From positions 15,128,001-15,192,000 of the forward strand of contig CATNEN010000003.1 of NCBI GenBank assembly GCA_950097015.1: a DNA stretch of 64,000 nt, in the 5' to 3' direction. Source of the DNA: Macrostomum hystrix. Its lineage: Eukaryota > Animalia > Platyhelminthes. Below are positions 62,779-64,000 of the stretch, in pieces (within the stretch, counting starts at the first letter, position 1; each line of letters opens with the position of its first letter). The notes below the pieces were generated by a model. The model searched no databases and was not told the DNA's origin. It was given only the letters and a program-made list of their open reading frames with translations. The translations under genes and the position numbers were made by a program.

Positions 62779-64000
62779 TATCGTCTAAATGCCTTCGATC
62801 TTGACATCATAGTTGAAAACATAAAACAAAGGTCTTGAGGACTCGATCAATTTCACGAGACGGTTAAGTAAAAGTATTTTTTCAATGATATTTTCTTTTT
62901 TATTCTAAATGCAGTCTTAAAAATACTCACTAGAATTAGTTACACATTTCTGAAAGATATTCAGAAATCATGATTCATGTTTTATACTATACTTACGAGC
63001 TTTGTGACCTGAAGTCTTGAACTGAGCTACAGTCTGCCATATATCGTCGATCTGGATTGAGTTAGTTAGTGAACCTTTAGCCTAACTATAAAGATTACTT
63101 CGCTGCAGTGGATCGCTCCGAAATTTAGGTGAAGCACGACGGTATGCGAATCAAATATTAACTCAACCTTTCGGCTAATAGAAAATTAGGAGTTTTGCAG
63201 CTAGAAGCTTCAGAAAATATATGTAATTGACGTTATAGGCCTGTAACACTATTGCCATCTATATATAAGCTATCAACTATAACTAATAATGTTGACTTTT
63301 CGCTGCATCTAATTGACAGTGCAGGATAAATGTACACATTAGTTACCTGTCCATAATTTGATCTCACAGAAAAAATCATGACTTTGGTACGCTTTCTGCC
63401 TTGCAGTCTGTATATAGACAGGATAACTTGAATTGGATTATATTTGTTTGACAAAGGCATGCAGCAGTGCTAGATTTCTGCTATGTCTGTCAGACAGAGT
63501 TGAAGACAGAATTAACAGAATTGTCTGTCTGTAAGCCTGCATGCGCTTGTTTCATAATGTGCATGGTCTGATCTAGTCAGTCGAGGAACATATAATTCCA
63601 CCTAATATTTGCACAGATGCCGCTTTTTAACTAAAATTGCAACTATATTTATTTAACAATCATACGAGACAAGATAATTCTCGCATTATATTGCTGCTAA
63701 AATTTATTCCAGCTATGAAAATTACGTTAGCTAAGGCCGTTCGTTGCCCCTGTATGAGTTATTAGATTGTTTAAACAATGCACTTGGTATTTGTCTAATG
63801 AGAATACATGTAGCTCCTGCTTGTATAAGTCGTGTGTATTCTATGTTAACCAAAAACAGACAGACTGGTTACTTGTGAAGTGTGGTTAAACAGACATACA
63901 CAAGCAGCACGCTTATTTCCTATCACATAAATCATGTTTTAAGCTGTGAATATGATCTACAGAATTGTATCTATACACATAAAAATGTTTCATTCGTTGA

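Overview
Eukaryotic (metazoan) genomic DNA. Gene content, poly-Q/poly-A tracts, intronic minisatellites and SINE types suggest a free-living flatworm such as Macrostomum, which is an inference. I assembled ten genes by hand from GT-AG splice sites: the 5' end of a delphilin/GRID2IP-like PDZ gene (-), a membrane-anchored JmjC gene (+), a 15-exon conventional PKC (+), a Tlx/Hox11 homeobox gene (-), an unknown charged protein (-), MAD1 (-), MBF1/EDF1 (-), an intronless secreted two-domain precursor (+), a PAN-like plus ALK/LTK-type glycine-rich gene (-) and a divergent TRPV-like channel (-). In the first 50 kb, about 23 different tandem minisatellites (10-47 bp units) fill introns and gene flanks, each locus with its own unit. 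The last 14 kb has none. Mobile DNA includes two tRNA-derived SINE families (6 copies each), a decayed hAT transposase beside its own MITE, and two related TIR-element families with CAGTAG(G/A)A ends. The best novelty candidates are the secreted cationic/anionic tandem-domain precursor, the one-private-minisatellite-per-intron architecture, and ribozyme-like motifs in SINE family B.
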